Assembly (NCBI GenBank): GCA_965214465.1
Contig: CBDCBX010000018.1
Span: forward strand, 157,881 to 221,880
Length of the DNA stretch: 64,000 nucleotides
Source of the DNA: Acidobacteriota bacterium
GTDB taxonomy: Bacteria; Acidobacteriota; UBA6911; RPQK01; CBDAPI01
Direction: 5' to 3'
Within the stretch, counting starts at the first letter, position 1, and each line of letters starts with the position of its first letter. A program made the position numbers and the translations under genes. The notes below the pieces were generated by a model that saw only the letters and a list, made by a program, of their open reading frames with translations, was not told where the DNA came from and did no database searches. This document shows positions 9,692 to 19,573 of the stretch, one piece after another.

Positions 9692-11271
9692 CTCTCCTCC
9701 CCTCCCCGCCTGATCAGGAGCTTGACTTCCTCCAGCTTGAGCACCAGCGCGGCCGCCAGGTAGACCACGGCACCCACCGCGATGCAGGCCCCCAGGGCCA
9801 GAACCCGTACCACTCCCTGCAGTTCATAAGGAGCCAGCCACCACGACAACGCAAACACCGCACCCGCCATGAACAGCGACGAAAGGAGTGCCTTCCCGGC
9901 GACCCCACCCACGCCCAGGCCGCGGAAAGAGCCCAGCTTCGACGAAAGTTTCTTCATGAGAAGGGTCTGATTCAAGATCAGAGACAGAGACGTGACGAAG
10001 GCGAGGCCCAGAAACTCGTAACCCGGAGGACACAGCCAGAAGATCATGAGCAGATTCGTCGCTATGTGAAACAGAGCGGTGATGATGCTGACACGAACCG
10101 GGGATCTCGAGTCATTGAGCGCATAGAAGGTGGGAACGTAGATCTTGACACAGCTGTAACTGGTCAGGCCAATCGCATACAGGGTCAGAGCAGCGGCCGT
10201 CTGCCCGGTGTCAAAGGAGCCGAAACGCCCCCGCTCAAAGATCGTCCCCACGATGGGAGTCGCGAGTACCATCAACCCCAGCGTGGAAGGGATGGCCAGG
10301 CATAATACCATCCTCAGGGAGTTGGCCACCGTCTGCTTGAGTTCCTTCCAGTTCTCCTCGGCGGCGTAGGCTGACACCTCTCTCAGGTTGACGATCCCAA
10401 TCGCCACCCCGAACAGACCAATCGGCAGGTAGATAATACGGAAGGCAAAATTCAGCCACGAGATGGCACCATCTTCCAGAGTCGAAGCCAGAATCGTATT
10501 GATCAAGACCGTCAATTGCGTAACGCCCACCCCCAGGAAAGCGGGACCGACCAGGCGTCCGATGCGGAGCAGATCCGGATGCTTCAGTTGAATCCGAAAA
10601 CGGAACCGGAATCCAAGTCTGGCCAGAGTAGGGGCCTGAACCAGTATTTGGAGAGCACCCCCGGCGACAGCCCCAAACCCGACAGCGTAGATTCCCGGAA
10701 TTCCCTGGCTCTCGAACCAGGGGACCGCCAGAACTGCCGCTCCGATGATGGCCAGGTTGAAGAAGGCTGTGGTTACGGCAGGAAGGAAGAAACGATCAAA
10801 GCTGTTCAACATCCCCATCGCCACTGAAGAGAGCGCCACCAGCAGCAAGAAGGGCGAGATAATTCGGATCAGTGTCGAGGTCAGTTCGAATTTTCCTTCA
10901 ACCTGGCCAAAGCCGAAGGCGAACAGATAGACAAAAGAGTCGGAGAAGAGATAGAGAAGGATGGCAACTGCGCCCAGGATCAGCAGCAACGCGCTCATCA
11001 CCAGGCTGGCCAGTTGCCACGCTGCTTCTTTACCCTGCCGCGCGAGAACTCGATTGAAGGTGGGTATGAAGGCCGAACTGAGCGCACCCTCGGCCACGAG
11101 ATCTCGCAGCATCCCGGGTATCCTGAAGGCAACCACCCAGGCGTCCGTCACGGCCCCGGCTCCGAATACGGCTGCTATCGTAAGTTCGCGAACCAGGCCC
11201 AGCAGCCGGCTGATCAGCACCGCAAGGCTGACCCTGCCTGCTGCTCTCGCCGCCTTCTGCTTTCTGGCCAT
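9688..11271 (-). CDS. murJ: Lipid II flippase MurJ (MviN)
   Basis: SRLLGLVRE, AFRIPGMLRDLVAEGALSSAFIP, LPIGLFG, FERGRF motifs; many TM segments. Confidence 0.95.
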   Translation of the reverse strand: MARKQKAARAAGRVSLAVLISRLLGLVRELTIAAVFGAGAVTDAWVVAFRIPGMLRDLVAEGALSSAFIPTFNRVLARQGKEAAWQLASLVMSALLLILGAVAILLYLFSDSFVYLFAFGFGQVEGKFELTSTLIRIISPFLLLVALSSVAMGMLNSFDRFFLPAVTTAFFNLAIIGAAVLAVPWFESQGIPGIYAVGFGAVAGGALQILVQAPTLARLGFRFRFRIQLKHPDLLRIGRLVGPAFLGVGVTQLTVLINTILASTLEDGAISWLNFAFRIIYLPIGLFGVAIGIVNLREVSAYAAEENWKELKQTVANSLRMVLCLAIPSTLGLMVLATPIVGTIFERGRFGSFDTGQTAAALTLYAIGLTSYSCVKIYVPTFYALNDSRSPVRVSIITALFHIATNLLMIFWLCPPGYEFLGLAFVTSLSLILNQTLLMKKLSSKLGSFRGLGVGGVAGKALLSSLFMAGAVFALSWWLAPYELQGVVRVLALGACIAVGAVVYLAAALVLKLEEVKLLIRRGGEES

Positions 11272-11445
11272 GATCTCCTTAGTACCCGTTGGGGTGAAAC
11301 CAGTCCTTCCCAGAGAACCAGTGCACCAGGGTAGGCCACGCTGCTGGACGTGTCTTTCCCCGGTAGCTTCCCGGCAGGCGCTATAACTCGGGAGAAGGTT
11401 ACGTTATCATTCCCATCTGAACAGGGCAGGAGTCTCCGGAAGGAA

Positions 11446-12492
11446 ATGAAACTTGCAGCAATCGCCCAGCACCTGGATTGTCAACTTGAGGGTGACGGCG
11501 AGGTCGAGATTCTTGGCGCCGCCGGTATCGAGGAGGCCGGACCTGAAGACCTCACGTTTCTTTCCAACCCGAAGTACGTGTCCAGTGTCGCGGCCTGCAA
11601 AGCGGGCGCCCTCATTGTCGGTTCGGATTCACCCACCACCCCAATCCCGCGTTTGATCTCGGAGAATCCTTACCTGTCCTTTGCCCAGGCGATTGAGCTG
11701 TTTTATCGTCCTCCGGTTGTTATCCCAGGGATCCACCCCACCGCCACTGTGGCAGAAACGGCCCGCCTCGGAGAGGACTCCTCGATCGGGGCCAATGTGG
11801 TCATTGGTGAGGGGGCAGCCCTGGGCGATCGGGCCGTCCTTCATCCCAACGTCATCATCTACCCTTATGCTGAGATTGGAGATGATTTTGTGGCCCACAG
11901 CCATGCTGTGGTTCGGGAATACTGCCGAATCGGCGACCAGGTCATCTTGCAGAACGGGGTGGTGATCGGAGCTGACGGCTTCGGGTTTGCGCCCCGCAGC
12001 GATGGAAGCTACTACAAGATCCTGCAGGCGGGAATCGTGGTCCTGGAAGACAACGTCGAGATTGGAGCTCACACCTGCATCGATCGCGCCACGGTGGGAG
12101 AAACCCGCATTGGGTCCTCCACCAAGATTGATAATCTGGTCCAGATCGGGCACGGCTCGAAGGTAGGAGCGGATGCAGTTCTGGCCGCTCAGGTCGGGCT
12201 GGCCGGGAGCACGCGGGTCGGCGACCGGGTGATGCTGGCAGGCCAGGTTGGCGTCGCCGGTCACCTGACGATTGAAGATGACGTGATTGCGACTGGCCAG
12301 ACAGGAATCGGGCGCTCGGTCAAGGCAGGAAGCAAGATCTCCGGAAGTCCGGAAATGGATTCCGGCTTGTGGCGCAGAAACTACATTCTCCTGCACCGCC
12401 TCCCGGACCTGGTGCGCACCGTTAGGTTCCTGGAAAGAAAAGTTCGGGAGTTGACTGGATCCGCCCAGCCAGAGGACGACCCGCTTGACTGA
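11446..12492 (+). CDS. lpxD: UDP-3-O-acyl-glucosamine N-acyltransferase
   Basis: LTFLSNPKY, hexapeptide repeats, [25 protein letters not shown]. Confidence 0.96.
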   Translation: MKLAAIAQHLDCQLEGDGEVEILGAAGIEEAGPEDLTFLSNPKYVSSVAACKAGALIVGSDSPTTPIPRLISENPYLSFAQAIELFYRPPVVIPGIHPTATVAETARLGEDSSIGANVVIGEGAALGDRAVLHPNVIIYPYAEIGDDFVAHSHAVVREYCRIGDQVILQNGVVIGADGFGFAPRSDGSYYKILQAGIVVLEDNVEIGAHTCIDRATVGETRIGSSTKIDNLVQIGHGSKVGADAVLAAQVGLAGSTRVGDRVMLAGQVGVAGHLTIEDDVIATGQTGIGRSVKAGSKISGSPEMDSGLWRRNYILLHRLPDLVRTVRFLERKVRELTGSAQPEDDPLD

Positions 12493-13333
12493 AGTCACTT
12501 ACCGCCCCAACCAGCGTTCCCGGTTGAGTTATTTCGAAACCTGGAAGCGGATGGCGGGAGCCTTCCGGAAGAATCGAGAGCTGATCACCCAGCTGTTTCG
12601 GCGCGACTTCGTGGGAAGCTACAAGAAGTCGCTTCTGGGCCCCACCTGGGTGTTCCTTTCCCCCATCGTGGGCGTTGTCGCCTGGGTCTTTCTGCGCCGC
12701 GCCGGAATGCTCAACACCGGGGAACTGGACATACCCTATCCGATCTACGTACTGGTGGGCACCACCATGTGGGGTCTGTTCATGGGGTTTTACTCGGCCT
12801 CCGCCAGCACCCTGCGGGCAGCCGGAAGCCTGCTCATGCAGATCAACTTCCCTCACGAAGTCTACCTGTTTGAGCAGAACGCCCTGCAGTTGGTCAATTT
12901 CTCGATTCTGCTGGTTTTGAACCTGCTGGCAATGATCATCTTTGGAGTTACCCCCAGCTGGAAGCTGATCCTGTTGCCACTGGTGCTCTTACCCCTCTTT
13001 CTGGCGGGTGCTGCGATCGGCTTGATTGCTTCCGTTTTCGGAGCCGTTACCGTGGATGTAAGGCGTGGCCTGGACTTGACTCTGGGCATGATGATCTGGC
13101 TTTCGCCGATTATCTACTCATCCAAGATTCAGAGTTCGACCCTGATCACGATTTCTGGATACAATCCCCTGACGTACCTGGTCTGCTCGGCTCGAGACAT
13201 TGTCCTCTACGGCCGGCTCTACGACACGGGAGGTTATTTATTGAGTTCACTCCTGGCGCTGGTCCTGTTTCTTTATGCATGCCGGGTCTTCTACGTAGCG
13301 GAGACCAGACTGGTGGAGAGGATGCTGGTCTGA
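12485..13333 (+). CDS. wzm: Polysaccharide ABC exporter permease (Wzm-like)
   Basis: [33 protein letters not shown]; about six TM segments; overlaps the lpxD stop. Confidence 0.85.
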   Translation: MTEVTYRPNQRSRLSYFETWKRMAGAFRKNRELITQLFRRDFVGSYKKSLLGPTWVFLSPIVGVVAWVFLRRAGMLNTGELDIPYPIYVLVGTTMWGLFMGFYSASASTLRAAGSLLMQINFPHEVYLFEQNALQLVNFSILLVLNLLAMIIFGVTPSWKLILLPLVLLPLFLAGAAIGLIASVFGAVTVDVRRGLDLTLGMMIWLSPIIYSSKIQSSTLITISGYNPLTYLVCSARDIVLYGRLYDTGGYLLSSLLALVLFLYACRVFYVAETRLVERMLV

Positions 13334-14166
13334 TGAACGAGCCAACTCCCGCACCCGGCAGCACGCTGGCACGGGAAACAGGGGGTCCTGCCACGGACAA
13401 CGTTCTTGCTCTGAGTGGTGTGTCCAAGAAGTTTTGCCGGAACCTGAAGCGGTCCATGATGTACGGACTCAGCGACATCCTGCGTGTGATGGCCGGTTTG
13501 AGTCCTCCCACGGATAGAATCCGGCAACATGAGTTCTGGGCGATCGACGACGTCACTTTTGATCTCACGAGAGGCGACATTCTGGGACTCATGGGTCAGA
13601 ATGGATCGGGTAAGACCACTCTGCTGCGCATGATTTCCGGTATTCTTCCTCCCGATCGCGGCGAAATCCGAGTACGAGGGAGGCTGGCATCCCTGATTGC
13701 TCTGGGTGCCGGGTTCCACCCCCATATGACGGGGAGAGAGAATATCCTCCTGAATGCGACGCTGCTGGGGATGGGGCCGGGTATGATCCAGGATCACATT
13801 CCCAGAATCATCGCTTTCTCGGAGTTGGAAGAGTTTATCGATTCCCCGGTTGCCACCTATTCGAGCGGCATGCGCGTACGCCTCGGTTTCTCGATCGCGG
13901 TCCATACCAATCCCGACATCTTTCTGATCGACGAGGCACTGGCGGTGGGAGACCAGCGGTTCAAGCTGAAGTGCTTCCGCGAACTGGAGAGAATTGCGGA
14001 ATCGGCGACAGTGATCATCGCCTCCCATTCCGCGCAGCGAATCAGCCGCTTGTGCCACTCCATGAAGGTGATGGAAAAGGGACGCATCATCTATTCCACC
14101 GACGACGTGAAGGGGGGTATTGAGTTCTACCATTCCCGCCTCGGTATCAACGAAGAGATTCACTGA
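13333..14166 (+). CDS. wzt: Polysaccharide ABC exporter ATPase (Wzt-like, no C-terminal carbohydrate-binding domain)
   Basis: Walker A GQNGSGKTT, GAGFHPHMTGREN, YSSGMRVRLGF, IDEALAVGD. Confidence 0.9.
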   Translation: MNEPTPAPGSTLARETGGPATDNVLALSGVSKKFCRNLKRSMMYGLSDILRVMAGLSPPTDRIRQHEFWAIDDVTFDLTRGDILGLMGQNGSGKTTLLRMISGILPPDRGEIRVRGRLASLIALGAGFHPHMTGRENILLNATLLGMGPGMIQDHIPRIIAFSELEEFIDSPVATYSSGMRVRLGFSIAVHTNPDIFLIDEALAVGDQRFKLKCFRELERIAESATVIIASHSAQRISRLCHSMKVMEKGRIIYSTDDVKGGIEFYHSRLGINEEIH

Positions 14167-14177
14167 GGAGTTACCCC

Positions 14178-14810
14178 GTGCTCAGATGGCTTTCGAATCG
14201 TGGACCGGAAATGGTGTCGATCCACATTCCTAAAACCGGAGGCACCAGTTTCTGGCGGGTGCTGGAGCACGTCTACGCACCCGAGGCAGTACAGCGCGTG
14301 TTTCCCGGCGACTATGAGGGACAGGAGGCATTTCCGATCAAGCGCGGCACCAGAGCGTTGCATGGCCACATTCGATACATGGATCTGGCCACCTTTTTCG
14401 ACCTGCCCACCGATGCGAAGCTGGTGACGTGGCTTCGCGATCCCACCGATCGAGTCATCTCCAACTTTCACTATCTGGTTGAACGCGGCGAGATGGAAGA
14501 GTCTGATCTGTTGGAATACGCGGCCAGAAAATCCGCTCGCAACCGGATGAGCAGGTTCCTGAAGGGCTCCGACCTGCAAGACTTTTTTCTGGTGGGCATC
14601 CTCGAGGAGTTCTGGGAGGACTGTAAGGATCTGGGTCGCCGGTTGAATTGGGCCGACGTCCCTCACATCTGGGAGAATGCAAGTGATTACACGCGGAGAC
14701 AGGTTCCAGAAGACACACGCCGTAAGATCAGGCTGTTGAACGAGGAGGACGAGAAATTGTACCAGCGAGCCCTTGCCCTGCGGTCTGAAAGACTTTCGAG
14801 AGTCGGTTAA
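14178..14810 (+). CDS. Sulfotransferase family 2 protein
   Basis: 5'-PSB motif HIPKTGGTS and 3'-PB motif LRDPTDRVISNF. Confidence 0.85.
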   Translation: MLRWLSNRGPEMVSIHIPKTGGTSFWRVLEHVYAPEAVQRVFPGDYEGQEAFPIKRGTRALHGHIRYMDLATFFDLPTDAKLVTWLRDPTDRVISNFHYLVERGEMEESDLLEYAARKSARNRMSRFLKGSDLQDFFLVGILEEFWEDCKDLGRRLNWADVPHIWENASDYTRRQVPEDTRRKIRLLNEEDEKLYQRALALRSERLSRVG

Positions 14811-14845
14811 ATGCTGAAGCTTCTCTCAGGACAGGAGAGTTCGAA

Positions 14846-15571
14846 ATGATCTGGCTTGCCTCATTTCCCAGATCCGGAAACACCTTCTTCCGGATCGTGC
14901 TGCATGAGGTCTACGGAATCTCTTCGGGTCATCTTCGCCCGGCAGAAATGCGCGAGGGAGACTGGAAGAAGGACCTGGATTTTCCGGTGGTCAAGACCCA
15001 CGTTGAGCCGAGCGATCTGGACCCTGCCGACACCGCGATTCCGGCGGTCTACATCGTCAGAGACGGACGCGACGCCATGGTCTCCATTTCTCATCATCGC
15101 AGCGACATCGTGGTTCCGGGTTCGGACTACCTGCGCAATATGGACGAGGCGATTCGGGCCGAGAACGGCAGTTTCTTCGGTGGCTGGAGTCGAAATGTTG
15201 AAGCCTGGCTGAAGCGTGCCAGTGTGGTCATCCAATTCGAAGAACTGATCGAGGATCCCATCGGAAATGTAGAGAAGCTGCGCGACATTCTGGACCTGCC
15301 GGAGCCGAAGGTCTCCAACCTGCCCACCTTCGAGGATCTCAAGAGCAAGCCCATGCCCTACGGGAGACGCGCCGACGGCGAATGGCGGGAGAAGTTTTTC
15401 CGTCGCGGCAAGGTGGGTGCCTGGAGAGATGAGATGCCGGAAGCCATGCAGCAGCTTTTTTGGGCCTTGCACGGTGAGACCATGGAGAGGCTCGGGTATG
15501 TCGAGGGTCGCTGGGAACGTCCCCCCCCCAAACAGAAGTGGTTTCAGAGGATGTTCAGCCTGAAGAGCTGA
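14846..15571 (+). CDS. Sulfotransferase domain protein (Sulfotransfer_1-like)
   Basis: WLASFPRSGNTF, VKTH, YIVRDGRDAMVS, FFRRGKVGAW. Confidence 0.9.
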   Translation: MIWLASFPRSGNTFFRIVLHEVYGISSGHLRPAEMREGDWKKDLDFPVVKTHVEPSDLDPADTAIPAVYIVRDGRDAMVSISHHRSDIVVPGSDYLRNMDEAIRAENGSFFGGWSRNVEAWLKRASVVIQFEELIEDPIGNVEKLRDILDLPEPKVSNLPTFEDLKSKPMPYGRRADGEWREKFFRRGKVGAWRDEMPEAMQQLFWALHGETMERLGYVEGRWERPPPKQKWFQRMFSLKS

Positions 15572-15591
15572 GCCGCGGCGTTGTCCAGCCT

Positions 15592-16935
15592 ATGCAAAAG
15601 CGAGTTCTTATCGAAGCATTCAAGTTGACCGAAGGAAAGAGGGACGGGTGTTTCCGGTACACCCTGGAACTTCTGAAAGGCCTGGTCCGCCTGAACCAGG
15701 AGCAGCCATTCGAGTTCAGCCTGGAGGCCCTGGTGGGCGGAAAAGCCCTGGCCCTCCCGGATGTTGCTCGTGTCCTGGAGGGATCTTTCGGGAGTTACGA
15801 GCGGAAAAGAGCCAGAATTGACGAAGTGGCCAAGATGCGCCAGAAGCTGGCTGACGCCATCACGTCCCGGACTCCCTTCCTGAGCCAACCGCTCAGAAAG
15901 CTCGACGAGCGCCTCAAGCTGACGAAATCTCTTGAGCATGCCCATGTCGGGGCTCTGGCCGAATCCAACCGATACGACTTGATCCACCTGACACTCCCCC
16001 AGACCTTCAAGCTGATCGAAGAGCAGGAAGCGTCCCGCTATCTGGTGACTGTTCATGACACCACGCACAAGTTGTTCCCGGAATTCCATACCTGGGAGAA
16101 TGTCGACACTTCGGAACAGGGCTTTCGGTTCGCCGTCAAAAAGAATGCCTCCTTTATCAGCGTCTCCGATTCGGCCCGGGCGGACCTGATCAAGCTCTAT
16201 GACATTGAGTCCTCCCGAGTCACTACGGTTTACGAGGCTGCCGACCCGGCGACCTTCTATCCGGTGACCGATCAACAGTCCATCGATCAGGTGAGAGTGA
16301 GATACGGAATTCCGGAGGGTGCCCCCTACCTTCTGACCCTTTCTACACTCGAACCGCGCAAGAACTTGAGTAACACGCTGAAGGCGTTCGGTCAGCTTCT
16401 GGTGGCCCTGCCCGATTCCAGGATCCACCTGGTCATCGCCGGGCGCCTGGGGTGGAAATACGATCAGTTTCTAGCCGAGCTGAAGAACCAGCGGCAGAGA
16501 GTCAGCTTCACGGACTTTGTACCTGAAGAAGATCTGGCTGCTCTCTACTCCGGGGCTCTAGCCTTCTCCTTTGCCTCCTACTATGAAGGATTTGGACTCC
16601 CTGCTCTGGAAGCCATGGCCTGTGGGGTTCCAGTCGTGTACGGAAATCGGGGCTCCTTACCCGAAGTGGTCGGCGATGCCGGTCTGGCCGCAGAACCTGA
16701 AGATGTGGACGAGATCAGCGGCCACTTTGCCGCCCTGATCCAGGATTCCGAACTGCGCAGCGAACTGAGTCGGAATGCGGTCAGGAGAGCGACCGGGTTC
16801 TCCTGGGACACCACGGTTCGAAGCACCGTCGAAATCTACAGATCGCTACTAGCCACCGAGCCACTTTCTGCAGCGACAAGCGCAAACTCAACCGCAGACA
16901 CGACCTCGAGCCCACCTGCGAAAGCCTGCGAGTAA
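15592..16935 (+). CDS. Glycosyltransferase family 4 (GT-B)
   Basis: TLEPRKNL, YEGFGLPALEAMACGVPV. Confidence 0.9.
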   Translation: MQKRVLIEAFKLTEGKRDGCFRYTLELLKGLVRLNQEQPFEFSLEALVGGKALALPDVARVLEGSFGSYERKRARIDEVAKMRQKLADAITSRTPFLSQPLRKLDERLKLTKSLEHAHVGALAESNRYDLIHLTLPQTFKLIEEQEASRYLVTVHDTTHKLFPEFHTWENVDTSEQGFRFAVKKNASFISVSDSARADLIKLYDIESSRVTTVYEAADPATFYPVTDQQSIDQVRVRYGIPEGAPYLLTLSTLEPRKNLSNTLKAFGQLLVALPDSRIHLVIAGRLGWKYDQFLAELKNQRQRVSFTDFVPEEDLAALYSGALAFSFASYYEGFGLPALEAMACGVPVVYGNRGSLPEVVGDAGLAAEPEDVDEISGHFAALIQDSELRSELSRNAVRRATGFSWDTTVRSTVEIYRSLLATEPLSAATSANSTADTTSSPPAKACE

Positions 16936-16943
16936 TACGGCCT

Positions 16944-19154
16944 TCAACTCGCGGTAACGGAAGCCAGAATCTGCGAGAGGCGTTCCTCAAACGCTTCCCT
17001 GGACAACTCTCGGGCTCGGTCCAGCCCTGCCTGGACGTGGTTCCTGTACAGCGTGACATCCCCGCACAGCGCAATCACTTGCCGAGCCAGGTCTTCCGCA
17101 CTCTCGGGCTCGAAGAGAAGTCCGGCACCGGCCAGCACCTCAGGAACGGCTGCGATGTCGGCGCCCACGCAGGGCAGACCGGACGCCATGGCCTCCAGAA
17201 AGGGCATTCCGAAGCCCTCATGCAGGCTAGCCGACACGAATACGTCGGCACTTCGGTAGAGAGCAGAGAGCCGCGTGTCTGAAACCCTGCCGGCAAAGGT
17301 CACCCTGGCTTCGACTTGCAACTCGGCGGCCAGGGCGAGGCAGGTCTCCATGACCTCAGCATACTCGGGACGCTCATTATCTCCCGCCACCACCAGAGAG
17401 TATTCCCCGGGTAGTCGCCCCAGCGCCCTGATCAGAAGATCGATTCTCTTGCTGGTGGCGAGCCGGCCCACGTAGAGCAAGACAATCCGACCCTCCATCC
17501 CCAGCAACTTCAGAAGCGTCTGGTCCCTGGGCCCGGGTCGAAACTGGTCCGTGTCGACACCCAGGTAAAGGGTCTGGACACTTTCGCTGGGGAGGTCCTG
17601 CGTGGCGCGGATCTCACCACCCATGTAGTCGCTGTGCACCAGGATCCGGTCGGCTCGTGCGGCCAGCGAGACGTCACGGTGGCTGGCATCGAGATCGTTG
17701 TCTGCCCACAAAGCGGCGGGCGTGACGCCGTGGAAATCAAAGATCCGGGGGCCGCGACAGCTTTCAATCTGCTTCAAGAACGGATAGGTACCCGGGTACT
17801 GAAACCAGTGGATCCCCTCGGCATCGGGGTCGGGCAGCACCTCGGTGATCCGGCTGGCATACTCTACATTCTCGACCGGGCCCTCCACATGAATCGAAAA
17901 CTGGATTCCATGATCGTCCAGAATGCGGGCGATCTGAGCCAGGTAGTTGCCCACGGCATCCCTCTGCAGGAAATTGGGGGCATAAAGGTAGACTCTCGTC
18001 TCTCTCAGGACCCTGGCTCTCCCCAGAAACTCAAAGAAGGCCTGGAAGCGGGGTCCCATGACCGATGGAGCGAAGCGCCGCCGGGTGAACTCCTGACCCT
18101 GCCTGCCCAGAATCGCTCTCTCGGTCGGATGGGTCCTCAGGAATTCGACGGCCTTGCGAAACTCGTCGGAGGAGCCGGCCGAGAGTCCCCCGTCGGCACG
18201 CAGACAGAACTCTTCGGTCACTTTCGACAGGGCGCTGACGATCACCGGGGTCTGCTGCTGCCAGGACTCGAACAGGACCAACGAGAAGCTCTCCATGGCG
18301 GAAAGCTGACAGGTCGCGAGAGCTTTCCCATAACAGTAGTCCAACTCCGGCTCAGTGAGGCCCTGAAGATGAAGTGTCTTGCCCGGAAGAGCCACTTCTC
18401 CCTCCCCCACGACCACCAGATCCACCTCCGGCGTACCTTCCATCCAGTCCAACAATTGCAGAACGCCCTTGCCCGGTTCCAGGCGACCCACGTAGAGCAG
18501 GAAGGGACGTTCGGGAAGGGCCAGAGGTGCCGGATCTTCCCCGGCCGGTGAGGACCGCGCCGGGACCGGCAGCCCCAGAACTCTCTGGGGAACTCTTGCC
18601 AGATCGTAGATGTGATTGGCAAAGCGCTGTTCGGCCGCCGAATTGAAAGCCAGACCTCCCAGTCTGGGAAACCAGTCCTTAAAGAGCTGAAAGTGTGCAG
18701 GCGGCTCATCGTGCAATCCCGGCAGCAAGAGGCTCAGATGCGGAAACATCTGCGCTCCGTAATAGGTGGTTGCTCTCAGGTAGGGCGTAAAGAAATAGGC
18801 GTCGTGACTGCTCTTGCCGAGATCCTCGAGAAGGCTGCTGCTGTTGTAGCAGTTTCGCATCCATTGCTCCTCCTCGGCGAGGCTCAGACGCTCATGCTGC
18901 ATCTTTTCCGTGAGGCGGGTGAAAAGTGCATGATCGATGGCATCGGGAGAGTATCGGCGAACCGTCAGATTTCCGATTTGCTCTTCCCCTTCCGGGTACC
19001 GTGGGGACTGGGCGTCAAAATCTTTCAGAGTCGTCGAGTAGACAGTGGTGCTGGCATCCGGAAGGGCCTGAGATACCCGCAGAACAGCGATTTCCGAACC
19101 GGCAAAAATCTCGGAACCGAAGCGGGCAGTGACAAATGCAACGTCGAGAGACAT
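16944..19154 (-). CDS. Two-domain GT4 glycosyltransferase
   Basis: Two GT-B modules: YVGRLEPGKG...ESFSLVLFESW and YVGRLATSKRID...HEGFGMPFLEAMASG. Confidence 0.88.
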   Translation of the reverse strand: MSLDVAFVTARFGSEIFAGSEIAVLRVSQALPDASTTVYSTTLKDFDAQSPRYPEGEEQIGNLTVRRYSPDAIDHALFTRLTEKMQHERLSLAEEEQWMRNCYNSSSLLEDLGKSSHDAYFFTPYLRATTYYGAQMFPHLSLLLPGLHDEPPAHFQLFKDWFPRLGGLAFNSAAEQRFANHIYDLARVPQRVLGLPVPARSSPAGEDPAPLALPERPFLLYVGRLEPGKGVLQLLDWMEGTPEVDLVVVGEGEVALPGKTLHLQGLTEPELDYCYGKALATCQLSAMESFSLVLFESWQQQTPVIVSALSKVTEEFCLRADGGLSAGSSDEFRKAVEFLRTHPTERAILGRQGQEFTRRRFAPSVMGPRFQAFFEFLGRARVLRETRVYLYAPNFLQRDAVGNYLAQIARILDDHGIQFSIHVEGPVENVEYASRITEVLPDPDAEGIHWFQYPGTYPFLKQIESCRGPRIFDFHGVTPAALWADNDLDASHRDVSLAARADRILVHSDYMGGEIRATQDLPSESVQTLYLGVDTDQFRPGPRDQTLLKLLGMEGRIVLLYVGRLATSKRIDLLIRALGRLPGEYSLVVAGDNERPEYAEVMETCLALAAELQVEARVTFAGRVSDTRLSALYRSADVFVSASLHEGFGMPFLEAMASGLPCVGADIAAVPEVLAGAGLLFEPESAEDLARQVIALCGDVTLYRNHVQAGLDRARELSREAFEERLSQILASVTAS

Positions 19155-19161
19155 TACTGAC

Positions 19162-19551
19162 TCACGGATCGGAGTCCGCCCCTTTTGACAGTCTCTCTCC
19201 CAGCACCTCGATTTGTGTCTGAAGCAGGTCCAGTCGCTCACTCAGAGCCTGAACGGCTGCGATGTTCGAACTGTTGTAGAGGTCCTGGTAGCGGCTGTAG
19301 ACCATGATCACGCGGAGCATCATCTGCTTGAAAAAACGGAGCCGTGTTGCCCGCGGAAGCCGAGCCCTTCGATGGGACTGCAGGCGGGCCACGATGGTCA
19401 GGAGCTGCTGGTTGGATTGCTCGGCTTCAAGGATCAGTTCTTTGAGAGTCTGGTCCACGGCCGTGGAGTTGGAGTGAGAATGTCCTATGCCGATTTCGCT
19501 CATGAGGCGCCCCGCGTCAATGCGTCTCGGCCGCAGCCGATCATCGTTCAC
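19162..19551 (-). CDS. Small coiled-coil hypothetical protein
   Basis: Operonic spacing between the radical SAM and GT genes; heptad-rich helices. Confidence 0.6.
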   Translation of the reverse strand: MNDDRLRPRRIDAGRLMSEIGIGHSHSNSTAVDQTLKELILEAEQSNQQLLTIVARLQSHRRARLPRATRLRFFKQMMLRVIMVYSRYQDLYNSSNIAAVQALSERLDLLQTQIEVLGERLSKGADSDP

Positions 19552-19573
19552 AACTTTCCCCAGGTTTGCGCAT

